Source of the DNA: Escherichia coli
GTDB lineage: Bacteria > Pseudomonadota > Gammaproteobacteria > Enterobacterales > Enterobacteriaceae
DNA: 64,000 nucleotides
NCBI RefSeq assembly: GCF_003018235.1
Contig: NZ_CP027437.1
Direction: 5' to 3' (one strand)
Part shown: piece after piece, positions 28,590 through 40,012 of the stretch
Layout of the letters: each line of letters opens with the position of its first letter
Position numbering within the stretch: position 1 is the stretch's first letter
Translations under genes and position numbers: made by a program
Notes under the pieces: generated by a model
Seen by the model: the letters and a program-made list of their open reading frames with translations, nothing else
Told to the model about the DNA's origin: nothing
Databases searched by the model: none

Positions 28590-29813
28590 TCAGTTTGAAT
28601 CAGAGATAGTACAATTAACAATCGATTCAACCCTCTTCCACCATGCCAGGTAAGCTTTACGCTGTTCTTCTAGATAATCGCTCTTATCATAAACTTGCCA
28701 TACCCCTGGCAGCTTATGACCAAGCATAATTTCTGCGATATGAGGCGCAGTAAGATCAGAAAAATTTGTTCGTGCTGTCCGTCTCAAGTCATGAAGAGAC
28801 CAATGAGGGAATTGATATCCTAAACGCCGCCACGCGTACTGCATTAAATTGTAAGGCAGCGACTGTAATGATGTCCTACCGACGGGTTCCCTGCTTCCTT
28901 CCTTAGTAAAAAGCATATCGGAACCGTTGTTCATAGAGATAACGTATTTTATAAGCTCTTCAACCGGTTCAATAATGGGCCGCTTTAGCGGTTTGCCTGT
29001 TATGTCCCCTGTCTTATGTCGTTCAGGTGGTACAGTCCATACCTTATTTATGAAATCAAAATCACCCACCCTAGCAGTAATTAGCTCCGAACTACGGCAA
29101 CCAAAATGCAGTAATAGTTTAATGAAGGCCCGGTATTTGGGAACCATTCTAGAGCCATCGATCGCAGCATAAAGAATTTTAATTTCATCGTGTGTCAGAA
29201 ACCGTTTCTTCTGACCTTTACGGATATCCATATCTTTACCCGTGATATCCGACAGCGGGCGAGTTTCAATAAGCTTTCTCTTATACGCCCAGACATGGGC
29301 CTGCTTTGCGTTAATTAGCAATCGGTCTGCTATTGCTGGAGTCTTAGTGCTAAGAGGCTCCAAGACTTCTAACCAATCATGCAATGTAGCTGCATCGTGA
29401 GGGATATTCCCGATTTTAGAGAACAGGTGCAGCTCAAACGAGCGGAGTATCTGTTCAGAACCCTTTTTATTTTTTACACAATATGCTTCATACCAGGCAC
29501 GGATCACAGACTCTACCGTCATGGCTTCAGTAGCTTTTCGTTTTTCAGCCTGCTTGACCAATCGTGGATTACGGTTTGACTCGAGTTCACCACGGAGACG
29601 GATAACTTCTTCTCTGGCCTCTTTTAATCCAGTTGCCGGGTAAGTTCCGATATCAAGACGCTCACCTTTCCCTGCCCATTGATAACGATATTGGAACACT
29701 ACGCGACCTTTCGGTGATACTCTGACAGACAGACCATCACGATCGGATTTAACCAAAACCTTATCACGTTCCTTTCCAACGACTGAACGCAACCACGCAT
29801 CAGACAGCGCCAT
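28590..29813 (-). CDS. int: Tyrosine integrase (P4-type, with DUF4102 N-terminus)
   Basis: MALSDAWLRSV...GLSVRVSPKGRVVFQYRY N-terminal arm domain. The C-terminal catalytic region contains HDLRRT...GH and a terminal Y region. Confidence 0.9.
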   Translation of the reverse strand: MALSDAWLRSVVGKERDKVLVKSDRDGLSVRVSPKGRVVFQYRYQWAGKGERLDIGTYPATGLKEAREEVIRLRGELESNRNPRLVKQAEKRKATEAMTVESVIRAWYEAYCVKNKKGSEQILRSFELHLFSKIGNIPHDAATLHDWLEVLEPLSTKTPAIADRLLINAKQAHVWAYKRKLIETRPLSDITGKDMDIRKGQKKRFLTHDEIKILYAAIDGSRMVPKYRAFIKLLLHFGCRSSELITARVGDFDFINKVWTVPPERHKTGDITGKPLKRPIIEPVEELIKYVISMNNGSDMLFTKEGSREPVGRTSLQSLPYNLMQYAWRRLGYQFPHWSLHDLRRTARTNFSDLTAPHIAEIMLGHKLPGVWQVYDKSDYLEEQRKAYLAWWKRVESIVNCTISDSN

Positions 29814-30033
29814 TACTCACCTTGTACAAATCGCAAAACACCTCTGCTGCTTTGTACATTATGTACAAGCACATGTACAGATTTTTGATGAAAGCAACCT
29901 GATCGATTTAAAGTTACATGAAAGAATTTTCAATTAAAGAAGCCACATAACTATATGTATTTAAATGATTTATATAGCTAGACCTCAATTAACTGAAAGG
30001 ATTTTGAAAGAGTAAAAGAGCTTTAATTTGGGA

Positions 30034-30108
30034 TTAATTATTGGGGTGAGAAATAATGGCAAAAGTGCGGCGCTTCGCCACCTCTTGCAAATAAGGAGAC
30101 AACGTCAT
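30034..30108 (-). pseudogene. prfC: prfC 5' remnant (first 22 codons of RF3) fused to phage sequence
   Basis: The minus strand reads [22 protein letters not shown], then NN*. RF3 continues DAGKTT after SHP. Similarity ends at about 30043. Confidence 0.85.
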
Positions 30109-30198
30109 AATTCTTTCTTCTTGAGTAAGCGGCATCGCGCCGCGCTTGTTGAAAACGAAAAATTGCGGCTATTTTACCCATCAACGGGGGGGAGGCAA

Positions 30199-30876
30199 TC
30201 AGTGTTTACACAGGAGCTGCTCCAGTTCGTGCAACGAAGAAACGGTCCAGGTGGGCGCGATGCCTTCTGGTTGCTCGCGATTGTGCGCATTCAGCCAGCA
30301 GGTCGCAAGCCCGGCGTTGATGCCACCGAGAATATCGGACTCGGCAGTGTCGCCAACCATCAGCACGCGTGAACGGTCAGGATTGCCCGCCTGTTCCAGC
30401 GCATAATCGAAAATTTTCTTATTCGGTTTGGCAACGCCAACTTCTTCGGAAATCACCAGCAAATCGAAATAATCACGCAGGCCCGTGCGTTCCAGACGCA
30501 CTTGCTGCAAGGCGCTAAAGCCGTTGGTGATGATGCCAATTTTAGCGTTGCCACGAATGGCGTTAAGCAGAGAAACCGCGCCCGGCAGCGGCGTACAGAT
30601 TTCCGCCATCGCATTAATAAAGGCTTCGTTGAGTTTACCCGGCTCGACGTTCAGCCGTTCGGCCCAGCTCTCAAACCGCCCGTGCTGAAGCTGTAATGAA
30701 GTGATCGCGCCGTTTTGATAATCCACCCACAGTGGCTTGTTAACGGCCTGATAGTCCTGAAAATCTTCAGCGGTAAAGGTGACGCTGTAATCAAGAAACA
30801 TCCGCTGCAGGCCGGTGAATGAGTCAAAGGTAAACAGCGTTTCATCGGCATCAAAGAAAATCCAGTCCCACTTCAT
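30199..30876 (-). CDS. yjjG: Pyrimidine 5'-nucleotidase YjjG (HAD family)
   Basis: 225 aa. [15 protein letters not shown] carries the HAD motif I. Synteny with rimI/holD. Confidence 0.9.
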   Translation of the reverse strand: MKWDWIFFDADETLFTFDSFTGLQRMFLDYSVTFTAEDFQDYQAVNKPLWVDYQNGAITSLQLQHGRFESWAERLNVEPGKLNEAFINAMAEICTPLPGAVSLLNAIRGNAKIGIITNGFSALQQVRLERTGLRDYFDLLVISEEVGVAKPNKKIFDYALEQAGNPDRSRVLMVGDTAESDILGGINAGLATCWLNAHNREQPEGIAPTWTVSSLHELEQLLCKH

Positions 30877-30890
30877 TATTCCACCTTGTC

Positions 30891-31337
30891 TTACATACTG
30901 ATTGGCAACGCCATGATGATGGCGTCTTCGCGACCGTCCGTGGTGGGGTAGTAATTGCGGCGAATCGTCGCCTCGTTAAAGCCTAAACTTTCGTACAGTG
31001 CAATGGCGGCAGCGTTTGAGGCACGGACTTCCAGCCATAGCGTCGCCACGCCGCGTTTTTCCAGTTCGTCGATCAGATGTTCCAGCAGCGCCCTTCCCAA
31101 TCCCTGACGCTGATAGTCAGGATCGACCGCAATATTGAACAATGTAGCTTCATCCAGCACCACTTGCGTAATCGCAAACGCCGCCATTTTGCCGTTTTGC
31201 GTTAACTGAAAGTTGAGATAACGCTCGCCCTGGTTGCTGGCAAAGGTTTTTTCACTCCACGGAAAGGCGTGGGCGCGTTGTTCAATGTGGTAAGCCGCTG
31301 GTAAATCAGTCGTTTCGAGGGAAGAAATCGTGTTCAT
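30891..31337 (-). CDS. rimI: Ribosomal protein S18 alanine N-acetyltransferase
   Basis: 148 aa with the GNAT motif [10 protein letters not shown]. Overlaps holD as in K-12. Confidence 0.9.
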   Translation of the reverse strand: MNTISSLETTDLPAAYHIEQRAHAFPWSEKTFASNQGERYLNFQLTQNGKMAAFAITQVVLDEATLFNIAVDPDYQRQGLGRALLEHLIDELEKRGVATLWLEVRASNAAAIALYESLGFNEATIRRNYYPTTDGREDAIIMALPISM

Positions 31338-31719
31338 ATGTGCAAATTTGTTGCCATAACGCGGCGCGTGCCGTTGGGTTTGCCCGTAATTCGGTGAGCG
31401 CCGGTGATGCCACCTGAGCGCCTTCCAGTGATAGCGGTTCGTCAGTACCCAACCGCCAGCTGTTGCAGCGACTGCCTTGCGGCAGCATCGCGATTTTTTC
31501 TGGCGTCAGTTGCAGCACTTGATCGGGGCTGACGGTTAATGCGCGCAGAACATCGCTCACTAAAGGATCAGTCAGGGCGGGAAGATCGTTTGCCACCATC
31601 ACCAGACGGACGTGTGCCGGGATCGCAATGGCAATCTCCCCCTGCAACGCGCCAGGGCGACGCAGCGACCACTGGGTAATGCCCAGTTGCTGTAACTGCC
31701 AGTCTCGTCGGGATGTCAT
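31306..31719 (-). CDS. holD: DNA polymerase III psi subunit
   Basis: 137 aa, MTSRRDWQLQQLGITQW. Confidence 0.9.
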   Translation of the reverse strand: MTSRRDWQLQQLGITQWSLRRPGALQGEIAIAIPAHVRLVMVANDLPALTDPLVSDVLRALTVSPDQVLQLTPEKIAMLPQGSRCNSWRLGTDEPLSLEGAQVASPALTELRANPTARAALWQQICTYEHDFFPRND

Positions 31720-31821
31720 AGCGAATCGCTCCTGTTGTCAGGGGCGCAAATATAGCAAATTCGTCGATACCGCGCCAACATATGGCTATAATCGCCGCCA
31801 GTATCAATTGAGGAGCATTCC

Positions 31822-32853
31822 ATGTCTGCATTTACCCCGGCAAGTGAAGTCTTGCTGCGTCACAGTGATGATTTCGAACAAAGCCGTATTCTTTTTGCCG
31901 GAGACTTACAGGATGACCTGCCCGCGCGTTTAGATACCGCGGCCAGCCGTGCTCATACCCAGCAATTCCACCATTGGCAGGTGTTAAGCCGCCAGATGGG
32001 GGATAACGCCCGTTTTAGTCTGGTCGCCACGGCGAATGATGTCGCAGATTGCGATACGTTGATTTACTACTGGCCGAAGAACAAACCGGAAGCCCAGTTC
32101 CAGTTGATGAATTTACTTTCTCTGCTGCCGGTGGGCACGGATATTTTTGTCGTTGGCGAGAACCGCAGCGGCGTGCGCAGCGCCGAACAGATGCTGGCAG
32201 ATTATGCGCCGTTGAATAAAGTCGACAGCGCCCGTCGCTGTGGCCTCTATTTTGGTCGTCTGGAAAAACAGCCGGTGTTTGATGCCGATAAATTCTGGGG
32301 CGAATACAGCGTCGATGGCCTGACGGTCAAAACGCTGCCGGGCGTGTTTAGCCGCGACGGTCTGGATGTCGGTAGCCAGTTGCTGCTCTCGACGTTAACT
32401 CCGCACACGAAAGGTAAAGTGCTGGATGTCGGCTGCGGCGCGGGCGTGCTTTCGGTTGCCTTTGCGCGCCATTCACCGAAAATTCGTCTCACTCTGTGCG
32501 ATGTCTCTGCGCCAGCGGTAGAAGCCAGCCGCGCAACACTTGCGGCCAACGGTGTTGAAGGTGAAGTCTTTGCCAGTAACGTCTTTTCCGAGGTGAAAGG
32601 TCGTTTTGATATGATCATCTCCAACCCGCCGTTCCACGATGGGATGCAAACCAGCCTCGATGCGGCGCAAACGCTGATTCGCGGCGCGGTGCGTCATCTT
32701 AATAGCGGCGGCGAGCTGCGAATTGTAGCGAACGCCTTCCTGCCTTATCCGGACGTGCTGGATGAGACATTTGGCTTCCACGAAGTGATCGCGCAAACCG
32801 GGCGCTTCAAGGTGTATCGCGCCATTATGACCCGCCAGGCGAAGAAAGGTTAA
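31822..32853 (+). CDS. rsmC: 16S rRNA m2G1207 methyltransferase
   Basis: 343 aa with SAM motif [11 protein letters not shown] and NPPFH. Confidence 0.9.
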   Translation: MSAFTPASEVLLRHSDDFEQSRILFAGDLQDDLPARLDTAASRAHTQQFHHWQVLSRQMGDNARFSLVATANDVADCDTLIYYWPKNKPEAQFQLMNLLSLLPVGTDIFVVGENRSGVRSAEQMLADYAPLNKVDSARRCGLYFGRLEKQPVFDADKFWGEYSVDGLTVKTLPGVFSRDGLDVGSQLLLSTLTPHTKGKVLDVGCGAGVLSVAFARHSPKIRLTLCDVSAPAVEASRATLAANGVEGEVFASNVFSEVKGRFDMIISNPPFHDGMQTSLDAAQTLIRGAVRHLNSGGELRIVANAFLPYPDVLDETFGFHEVIAQTGRFKVYRAIMTRQAKKG

Positions 32854-32983
32854 GTATCTGATATCTGTCGCCGCATACCGTGTCGGATGCGGCGTACACG
32901 CCTTCTCTGACCGACAAACGAATTATCCACAATCCGCTGATGGACATTTTTCCAGCAATTACACCTCCGGCGATAATTAACTA

Positions 32984-33011
32984 TTGACGAAAAGCTGAAA
33001 ACCACTAGAAT
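32984..33011 (+). promoter_or_regulatory. leuQPV tRNA operon promoter candidate
   Basis: TTGACG, a 16-nt spacer, TAGAAT, then a GC-rich discriminator GCGCCTCC. Confidence 0.6.
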
Positions 33012-33052
33012 GCGCCTCCGTGGTAGCAATTCTTTTTAAGAATTGATGGTAT

Positions 33053-33139
33053 GCGAAGGTGGCGGAATTGGTAGACGCGCTAGCTTCAGGTGTTAGTGTC
33101 CTTACGGACGTGGGGGTTCAAGTCCCCCCCCTCGCACCA
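33053..33139 (+). tRNA. leuQ: tRNA-Leu (CAG)
   Basis: 87 nt. GCGAAGGTGGCGGAATTGGTAGACGC...CTTCAGGTG...CACCA, with a long variable arm. Confidence 0.95.
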
Positions 33140-33167
33140 AAAACCACGTTGATATTGCTCGCACTGG

Positions 33168-33254
33168 GCGAAGGTGGCGGAATTGGTAGACGCGCTAGCT
33201 TCAGGTGTTAGTGTCCTTACGGACGTGGGGGTTCAAGTCCCCCCCCTCGCACCA
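33168..33254 (+). tRNA. leuP: tRNA-Leu (CAG)
   Basis: Identical 87-nt copy. Confidence 0.95.
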
Positions 33255-33288
33255 AACGAGGCGATATCAAAAAAAGTAAGATGACTGT

Positions 33289-33375
33289 GCGAAGGTGGCG
33301 GAATTGGTAGACGCGCTAGCTTCAGGTGTTAGTGTCCTTACGGACGTGGGGGTTCAAGTCCCCCCCCTCGCACCA
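33289..33375 (+). tRNA. leuV: tRNA-Leu (CAG)
   Basis: Identical 87-nt copy. Confidence 0.95.
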
Positions 33376-33413
33376 ATTATCTTTACTTCCTTTCTTGTTT
33401 CTTCCCTGATTTT

Positions 33414-33650
33414 TCATCCCTGATTCAAATTCATTATCATCAGCATGATGCCAGCAATAAGCGCCAGGCACGATGGCAGCAAAACGTAATGCCGCAACTG
33501 TTTGTGATACAGCATCACCGGCGTCAATATTAATCCCATCAGAATGACAATCCGCCACTGATCCGGCGATAAATCCGCATACATCAGCCCTGCAATCAGC
33601 AATCCCGGCAGCAACACTCCCCAGCCACTGCCCAGCGTACGTTGCAACAT
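33414..33650 (-). CDS. yjjZ: Small inner-membrane protein YjjZ
   Basis: 78 aa from the internal ATG (MLQRTLGSGWGVLLPGLLIAG...). Confidence 0.7.
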   Translation of the reverse strand: MLQRTLGSGWGVLLPGLLIAGLMYADLSPDQWRIVILMGLILTPVMLYHKQLRHYVLLPSCLALIAGIMLMIMNLNQG

Positions 33651-33668
33651 GGTTTCATCTCTTTCATT

Positions 33669-33773
33669 GATAATGATAACTAATATCATATGATAATTTT
33701 TATCATTTGCAAGCCAGAGAAATCCCTTGCTATCGGGTAAACCTATCGCTAGGATTAGCAATCATTATCATTT
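33669..33773. promoter_or_regulatory. Fur boxes in the yjjZ-fhuF divergent control region
   Basis: GATAATGATAACTAATATC (33669-33687) and GCAATCATTATCATTT (33758-33773) resemble the Fur consensus GATAATGATAATCATTATC. Confidence 0.65.
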
Positions 33774-33790
33774 AGATTACTATCCCGATT

Positions 33791-34579
33791 ATGGCCTATC
33801 GTTCCGCACCGCTCTATGAAGATGTTATCTGGCGAACGCATCTCCAGCCGCAGGATGCTGGGCTTGCACAAGCCATACGGGCGACGATCGCCGAACATCG
33901 TGAACATTTGCTCGAGTTTATCCGCCTGGATGAACCCGCTCCGCTTAACGCCATGACGCTGGCGCAATGGTCATCAACGAATGCGCTAAGTTCTCTACTG
34001 GCGGTCTATTCCGATCATATCTATCGCAACCAACCAACGATGATCCGCGAGAACAAACCGCTGATCTCACTATGGGCGCAATGGTATATCGGCCTGATGG
34101 TGCCACCATTAATGTTGGCGCTGCTGACGCAGGAAAAAGCATTAGATGTGTCGCCGGAACATTTCCACGTTGAGTTTCACGAAACCGGACGCGCCGCCTG
34201 TTTCTGGGTCGATGTGTGTGAAGATAAAAACGCAACACTACATTCGCCGCAGCAGCGAATGGAAACGTTAATCAGTCAGGCGCTGGTTCCGGTAGTGCAG
34301 GCATTAGAAGCAACGGGAGAGATCAACGGCAAACTTATCTGGAGCAATACCGGTTATTTGATCAACTGGTATCTGACTGAGATGAAACAGCTGCTTGGCG
34401 AGGCGACGGTTGAATCGCTGCGCCATGCCCTCTTTTTTGAGAAAATGCTCACGAACGGTGAAGATAATCCACTCTGGCGTACCGTGGTACTGCGCGACGG
34501 CCTGCTGGTGCGCCGCACTTGCTGCCAGCGTTATCGCTTACCGGATGTGCAGCAATGTGGCGATTGTACGCTGAAATGA
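33791..34579 (+). CDS. fhuF: Ferric-siderophore reductase FhuF
   Basis: 262 aa with a C-terminal CC..(10)..C..C 2Fe-2S motif (RRTCCQRYRLPDVQQCGDCTL). Confidence 0.9.
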   Translation: MAYRSAPLYEDVIWRTHLQPQDAGLAQAIRATIAEHREHLLEFIRLDEPAPLNAMTLAQWSSTNALSSLLAVYSDHIYRNQPTMIRENKPLISLWAQWYIGLMVPPLMLALLTQEKALDVSPEHFHVEFHETGRAACFWVDVCEDKNATLHSPQQRMETLISQALVPVVQALEATGEINGKLIWSNTGYLINWYLTEMKQLLGEATVESLRHALFFEKMLTNGEDNPLWRTVVLRDGLLVRRTCCQRYRLPDVQQCGDCTLK

Positions 34580-34616
34580 AAGCACTGCCGGGGAAGTAAA
34601 CCCGGCATCATGCGGA

Positions 34617-35294
34617 TTAATAGGGATGCAACACATTACTTGCTTCGCAATGCCGCATACATAACAGAATATCTGCGGCCTCCAACAACCCTGCATCAGA
34701 ACTGACGCCCAGTTTCGACATCACATTAAATTTATGTGCACGGATCGTTTTGATATTGCGTTTAAGCTGCTCGGCAATTTGTGTCATTGAGTAGCCACGC
34801 GACATAAAGCGCAATATTTCTCTCTCCGTCGGGCTTAGCGTTCGGCTTTGATTAATGTACCACTGATTGTTCAGTCGGTCGGTCGCCTGACGTACACCAT
34901 TTAATGACAAAAAGAGTTCCTGATGAAAAATCTCCAGCGTTGACGCTTTACTTAATACACCGTCCAACGGTGATGGCGACAATGAACCAATCAGCCGAGC
35001 TTCAATATCATCATCCGCAATAACTAAACGCCGGGTACGCGGAAACTTAATCGCCAGTTCAGTCAGGCAAGATAATCCCTCTCTGCGCTCACTTCTCATG
35101 GCAGAAAAAGAAAAAATGACCGCCGCAAACGAGATCCGCGACATGGCATCCTGAAATGACTCCTGACTGGTATAGGTATGGAGCTTATAAGGGTTACCCG
35201 CAAACTTTCTGAATAAACTCTCAATACCGATACTACTCATGACGCATTTTTCTATGAGTGCGACATTTCTCTTCTTAATTCGGCTGTGTTCCAT
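34617..35294 (-). CDS. bglJ: LuxR-type transcriptional activator BglJ
   Basis: 225 aa with a C-terminal LuxR HTH ([25 protein letters not shown]). Confidence 0.85.
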
Positions 35295-35977
35295 TCTGCG
35301 GCATCTCCATAAACAGAAGGCAAGTTAAGTTCTCTTGCACCCTGCGCGCTATTTATCCATGCATACATTTCAGCGTTGCTGTGAATTGCCAGTCGACGCA
35401 TCGCACTGTTTTTTTGGGCGCTGATAGTTTTATTACTTTTCTTAAGCAATGAAGCTATCTGGTTGATGCCCCATCCTTTACCTAATAGCCGCAGTACCTT
35501 GCGCTCTGAAAGAGTGAGAATGACGGAGCGATAGCTAAAATCATGAGTTTCAGTCATTGCCGGAGAGGTCAGCATGGCGCTGATACGCTCTGCGTGCGTA
35601 TTGCCGGAACGTACGGTCTTGACCAGATTCTCAATGGGTTCAACATCAGACAATAACGTCGCCGTAGGGCACATAAGCAGTTCTACTGCCTGGGAATACC
35701 AGGAGCGTGACACCATGAAAACCCAGTGAATTTCCCGATATTGTGAGATTAAAGAATAATAATGTTCACAAACAGAACGTGGATCTTCACTTTCACCGGC
35801 TAAATCAGCAATGACTAATCCGGAACGACGTAATTGTAATAAGGTAAGGTCCTCCGCAGAGGCGCTGGATATTATTTCATATTCAGGGAAGTGAGTCCTC
35901 ATGACCTCTTTTAACCCTGCTTGCATAACAGGTATTTTACTGATAACAATTCCATTTTTGCAGCATCCTGGCAACAT
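35252..35977 (-). CDS. yjjQ: LuxR-type regulator YjjQ
   Basis: 241 aa with a LuxR HTH ([23 protein letters not shown]). Overlaps bglJ. Confidence 0.85.
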
Positions 35978-36595
35978 ATTTCCTCCACATCCACTGTCTA
36001 AAAATTATGATGGTTTATTCAGGATATTCATTCCTTAAATGTTTCCAGCAAATTAATAGATTAAGCGAATAAATTATCCTTAGCATTCACTTTCATATCA
36101 GCATACTCCTGCTGCACAACAACTCCACTGCATGTGTCAGAAGGTTAGCATCAAATGATAACCTGGTGAAATAGCCTGGAGACATTTAAAATATCTACAT
36201 TAAGTTGTTAGAAATACTTAATGAAAAACAGAATTCTCATTCATTTAATTTATAATTAACTGATATCCCTTCCCGCAGAATGCAAAATCACACAATCAAT
36301 ATTTATTCAATAAAATCTGATAGTTTTAACTTGTAAAAATTAAAAAACGCGCCCAGTTATCTTTTATCCTGATTCGTAAAGGCTAAACAATAAATTCATT
36401 ATAGTGATAATATTCATGTGATAATTTGTTTGCGACGAGAGATAATTCGCTTTTTATCACCGAGCTTCTCCCGATAACCAGGATTAATCAGCGCAATTTT
36501 GATCTTAACCTACCGCAAAACAACCGTGCTTCATGATACAAATGGATTCTCATTATCTGAACAATACGCAGCACGTCTATGACAAAGGGCGAGTT
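35978..36595. promoter_or_regulatory. AT-rich yjjQ/yjjP divergent intergenic region (H-NS-silenced in K-12 according to the literature)
   Basis: About 600 bp, visibly AT-rich, with no credible ORF. Confidence 0.5.
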
Positions 36596-37366
36596 ATGCA
36601 AACTGAGCAACAGCGAGCCGTAACACGGCTTTGTATCCAGTGTGGATTATTTCTTTTGCAACATGGTGCGGAAAGCGCGTTGGTTGATGAGCTTTCCTCA
36701 CGACTGGGTCGGGCGTTGGGAATGGACAGCGTCGAAAGTTCTATCTCTTCGAACGCCATAGTGCTGACAACCATTAAAGATGGGCAATGCCTGACATCGA
36801 CACGAAAAAATCACGATCGCGGCATTAATATGCATGTGGTGACTGAAGTCCAGCACATTGTGATTCTGGCGGAGCATCATCTGCTGGATTACAAAGGTGT
36901 AGAGAAACGATTTAGCCAAATTCAGCCATTACGTTACCCGAGATGGCTGGTAGCCTTAATGGTCGGCCTTTCTTGCGCCTGTTTCTGTAAACTCAATAAA
37001 GGTGGCTGGGATGGTGCCGTCATCACCTTCTTTGCCAGTACGGTCGCGATGTATATCCGCCAGCTGCTGGCACAACGTCATCTTCATCCACAGATCAACT
37101 TTTGCCTCACCGCTTTCGCCGCCACCACCATTTCCGGTTTGCTTTTGCAACTTCCCACTTTCAGCAATACACCCACTATCGCGATGGCCGCCAGCGTTCT
37201 GCTGCTGGTGCCGGGTTTTCCGTTGATTAATGCCGTCGCCGATATGTTTAAAGGCCACATCAATACCGGGCTGGCACGCTGGGCGATCGCCAGTCTGCTG
37301 ACACTGGCTACCTGCGTCGGCGTAGTAATGGCACTGACGATTTGGGGGCTACGCGGATGGGTGTGA
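36596..37366 (+). CDS. yjjP: ThrE-family membrane protein YjjP
   Basis: 256 aa from [17 protein letters not shown]. Confidence 0.85.
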   Translation: MQTEQQRAVTRLCIQCGLFLLQHGAESALVDELSSRLGRALGMDSVESSISSNAIVLTTIKDGQCLTSTRKNHDRGINMHVVTEVQHIVILAEHHLLDYKGVEKRFSQIQPLRYPRWLVALMVGLSCACFCKLNKGGWDGAVITFFASTVAMYIRQLLAQRHLHPQINFCLTAFAATTISGLLLQLPTFSNTPTIAMAASVLLLVPGFPLINAVADMFKGHINTGLARWAIASLLTLATCVGVVMALTIWGLRGWV

Positions 37367-37830
37367 TCGAATTTCTGTTTGCATTGGCGCAGGATATGAT
37401 CCTCGCCGCCATTCCTGCGGTCGGCTTTGCGATGGTGTTCAACGTTCCCGTGCGGGCGTTACGCTGGTGTGCGCTGCTTGGCTCGATAGGTCATGGTTCC
37501 CGAATGATCTTAATGACCAGCGGGCTGAATATTGAGTGGTCAACTTTTATGGCTTCTATGCTGGTCGGCACCATTGGTATTCAATGGTCGCGCTGGTATC
37601 TGGCGCATCCGAAAGTGTTTACCGTGGCGGCTGTTATTCCTATGTTCCCTGGCATATCGGCTTATACCGCAATGATTTCGGCGGTAAAAATCAGCCAGCT
37701 AGGTTACAGCGAACCGTTGATGATTACCCTGTTAACCAACTTTCTTACAGCTTCATCAATTGTTGGTGCGTTATCCATCGGTCTTTCCATTCCTGGATTA
37801 TGGTTGTACCGCAAGCGCCCTCGCGTATAA
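37357..37830 (+). CDS. yjjB: Membrane protein YjjB
   Basis: 157 aa from [14 protein letters not shown]. Overlaps yjjP. Confidence 0.85.
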   Translation: MGVIEFLFALAQDMILAAIPAVGFAMVFNVPVRALRWCALLGSIGHGSRMILMTSGLNIEWSTFMASMLVGTIGIQWSRWYLAHPKVFTVAAVIPMFPGISAYTAMISAVKISQLGYSEPLMITLLTNFLTASSIVGALSIGLSIPGLWLYRKRPRV

Positions 37831-37936
37831 AATTGCCTCGCTTAAGCACACGGATGAGAGACAGCCTCCTCTCCTCCGTGTGTTACTATAAAAGTTATCT
37901 CCCTTCTCGTTCATCGTTCCATATTTGAGAAACAGT

Positions 37937-38476
37937 ATGTCTTCCAGAGTTTTGACCCCGGACGTCGTTGGTATTGACGCCCTGGTACACGATCACCAAA
38001 CCGTTCTGGCAAAAGCTGAAGGCGGTGTGGTTGCCGTATTTGCTAACAATGCCCCGGCGTTTTATGCCGTCACGCCTGCACGCCTGGCTGAACTGCTAGC
38101 GCTGGAAGAAAAGCTGGCGCGTCCGGGAAGCGATGTCGCTCTGGACGATCAACTCTATCAGGAACCGCAAGCTGCTCCCGTAGCTGTACCCATGGGGAAA
38201 TTCGCCATGTATCCGGACTGGCAACCCGATGCCGACTTTATCCGCCTGGCGGCGCTATGGGGCGTGGCACTAAGAGAGCCGGTGACCACCGAAGAACTGG
38301 CCTCATTCATTGCCTACTGGCAGGCGGAAGGTAAAGTCTTTCACCATGTGCAGTGGCAACAAAAACTGGCGCGCAGCCTGCAAATCGGTCGTGCCAGCAA
38401 CGGCGGACTGCCGAAACGAGATGTGAATACGGTCAGTGAACCTGACAGCCAAATTCCACCAGGATTCAGAGGGTAA
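37937..38476 (+). CDS. dnaT: Primosomal protein DnaT
   Basis: 179 aa from [16 protein letters not shown]. Confidence 0.9.
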
Positions 38477-38478
38477 CG

Positions 38479-39216
38479 ATGAAAAACGTTGGCGACCTGA
38501 TTCAACGCCTGCAAAAAATGATGCCTGCCCATATCAAACCTGCTTTCAAAACGGGTGAAGAACTACTGGCCTGGCAGAAAGAACAAGGGGCGATCCGCTC
38601 CGCCGCTCTCGAACGTGAAAATCGGGCGATGAAAATGCAGCGCACCTTTAACCGCTCCGGTATTCGTCCACTGCATCAGAACTGCTCCTTTGAGAACTAT
38701 CGCGTTGAGTGTGAAGGGCAGATGAATGCGTTAAGCAAAGCGCGCCAGTATGTCGAAGAGTTTGACGGCAACATCGCCAGCTTCATCTTTTCTGGTAAGC
38801 CAGGAACCGGCAAAAACCATCTGGCGGCGGCAATCTGCAACGAGCTGCTGCTACGCGGTAAATCCGTATTGATCATCACCGTGGCCGATATTATGTCGGC
38901 GATGAAAGATACCTTCAGGAATAGCGGTACCAGCGAAGAACAACTGCTTAACGATCTGAGCAACGTTGATCTGCTGGTGATCGATGAGATCGGCGTGCAG
39001 ACCGAATCGAAATACGAAAAAGTGATCATCAACCAGATCGTCGATCGCCGCTCTTCTTCCAAACGCCCAACCGGGATGCTGACCAACAGTAATATGGAAG
39101 AGATGACCAAGTTGCTGGGCGAACGCGTGATGGACCGTATGCGCCTGGGTAACAGTTTGTGGGTGATCTTCAACTGGGATAGCTACCGTAGCCGGGTAAC
39201 GGGTAAAGAGTATTAA
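38479..39216 (+). CDS. dnaC: Helicase loader DnaC
   Basis: 245 aa with Walker A GKPGTGKNHLA. Confidence 0.95.
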   Translation: MKNVGDLIQRLQKMMPAHIKPAFKTGEELLAWQKEQGAIRSAALERENRAMKMQRTFNRSGIRPLHQNCSFENYRVECEGQMNALSKARQYVEEFDGNIASFIFSGKPGTGKNHLAAAICNELLLRGKSVLIITVADIMSAMKDTFRNSGTSEEQLLNDLSNVDLLVIDEIGVQTESKYEKVIINQIVDRRSSSKRPTGMLTNSNMEEMTKLLGERVMDRMRLGNSLWVIFNWDSYRSRVTGKEY

Positions 39217-39264
39217 TCCCCGTTTCTGGCGGTATACTGCGACACAATTCCACCTTGAGTAATG

Positions 39265-39759
39265 ATGATGAAAACTGTTAAACATCTTCTGTGCTGTGCC
39301 ATTGCCGCCAGCGCATTAATTTCCACCGGGGTGCATGCTGCGTCCTGGAAAGATGCGCTCTCCAGCGCCGCCAGCGAACTTGGCAACCAAAACAGCACGA
39401 CACAGGAAGGCGGTTGGTCGCTCGCGTCATTAACTAACTTGCTTAGCAGCGGAAACCAGGCCTTAAGCGCAGATAACATGAACAATGCCGCAGGCATTCT
39501 GCAATACTGCGCGAAGCAAAAGCTGGCTTCGGTAACCGATGCCGAAAACATCAAGAATCAGGTACTGGAAAAACTGGGCCTGAACAGTGAAGAGCAAAAA
39601 GAAGACACCAATTATCTGGATGGCATTCAGGGTTTGCTGAAAACTAAAGATGGTCAGCAACTCAATCTGGATAATATCGGAACGACTCCGCTGGCAGAAA
39701 AGGTGAAAACCAAAGCCTGCGATCTGGTGTTAAAGCAGGGGCTGAACTTCATTTCCTGA
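39265..39759 (+). CDS. yjjA: Secreted protein YjjA
   Basis: Signal peptide MMKTVKHLLCCAIAASALISTGVHA. Start could instead be at 39262. Confidence 0.8.
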   Translation: MMKTVKHLLCCAIAASALISTGVHAASWKDALSSAASELGNQNSTTQEGGWSLASLTNLLSSGNQALSADNMNNAAGILQYCAKQKLASVTDAENIKNQVLEKLGLNSEEQKEDTNYLDGIQGLLKTKDGQQLNLDNIGTTPLAEKVKTKACDLVLKQGLNFIS

Positions 39760-40012
39760 ACCGCGAAACGCCGCGTTTTAGCTGTTACCCGGCTGACGCG
39801 GCTCTCTCCTGCCCTTTTCCCTGCTCCTGGACGGTTTTCCCCCTGTTACACGGGAAGCGACCGTAATCAAAAAAGTCTGTTTATAAACTAATTCCTAACA
39901 ACATCGCATTTTTTTGACACTAGAATTGCAGCAATATGGCGACGCCATTACATTGTGCTTCTCAAAAAGCTTAAACGTTGGCTAAACGGCCCGGTTTAGT
40001 GAGGATCGCCCG

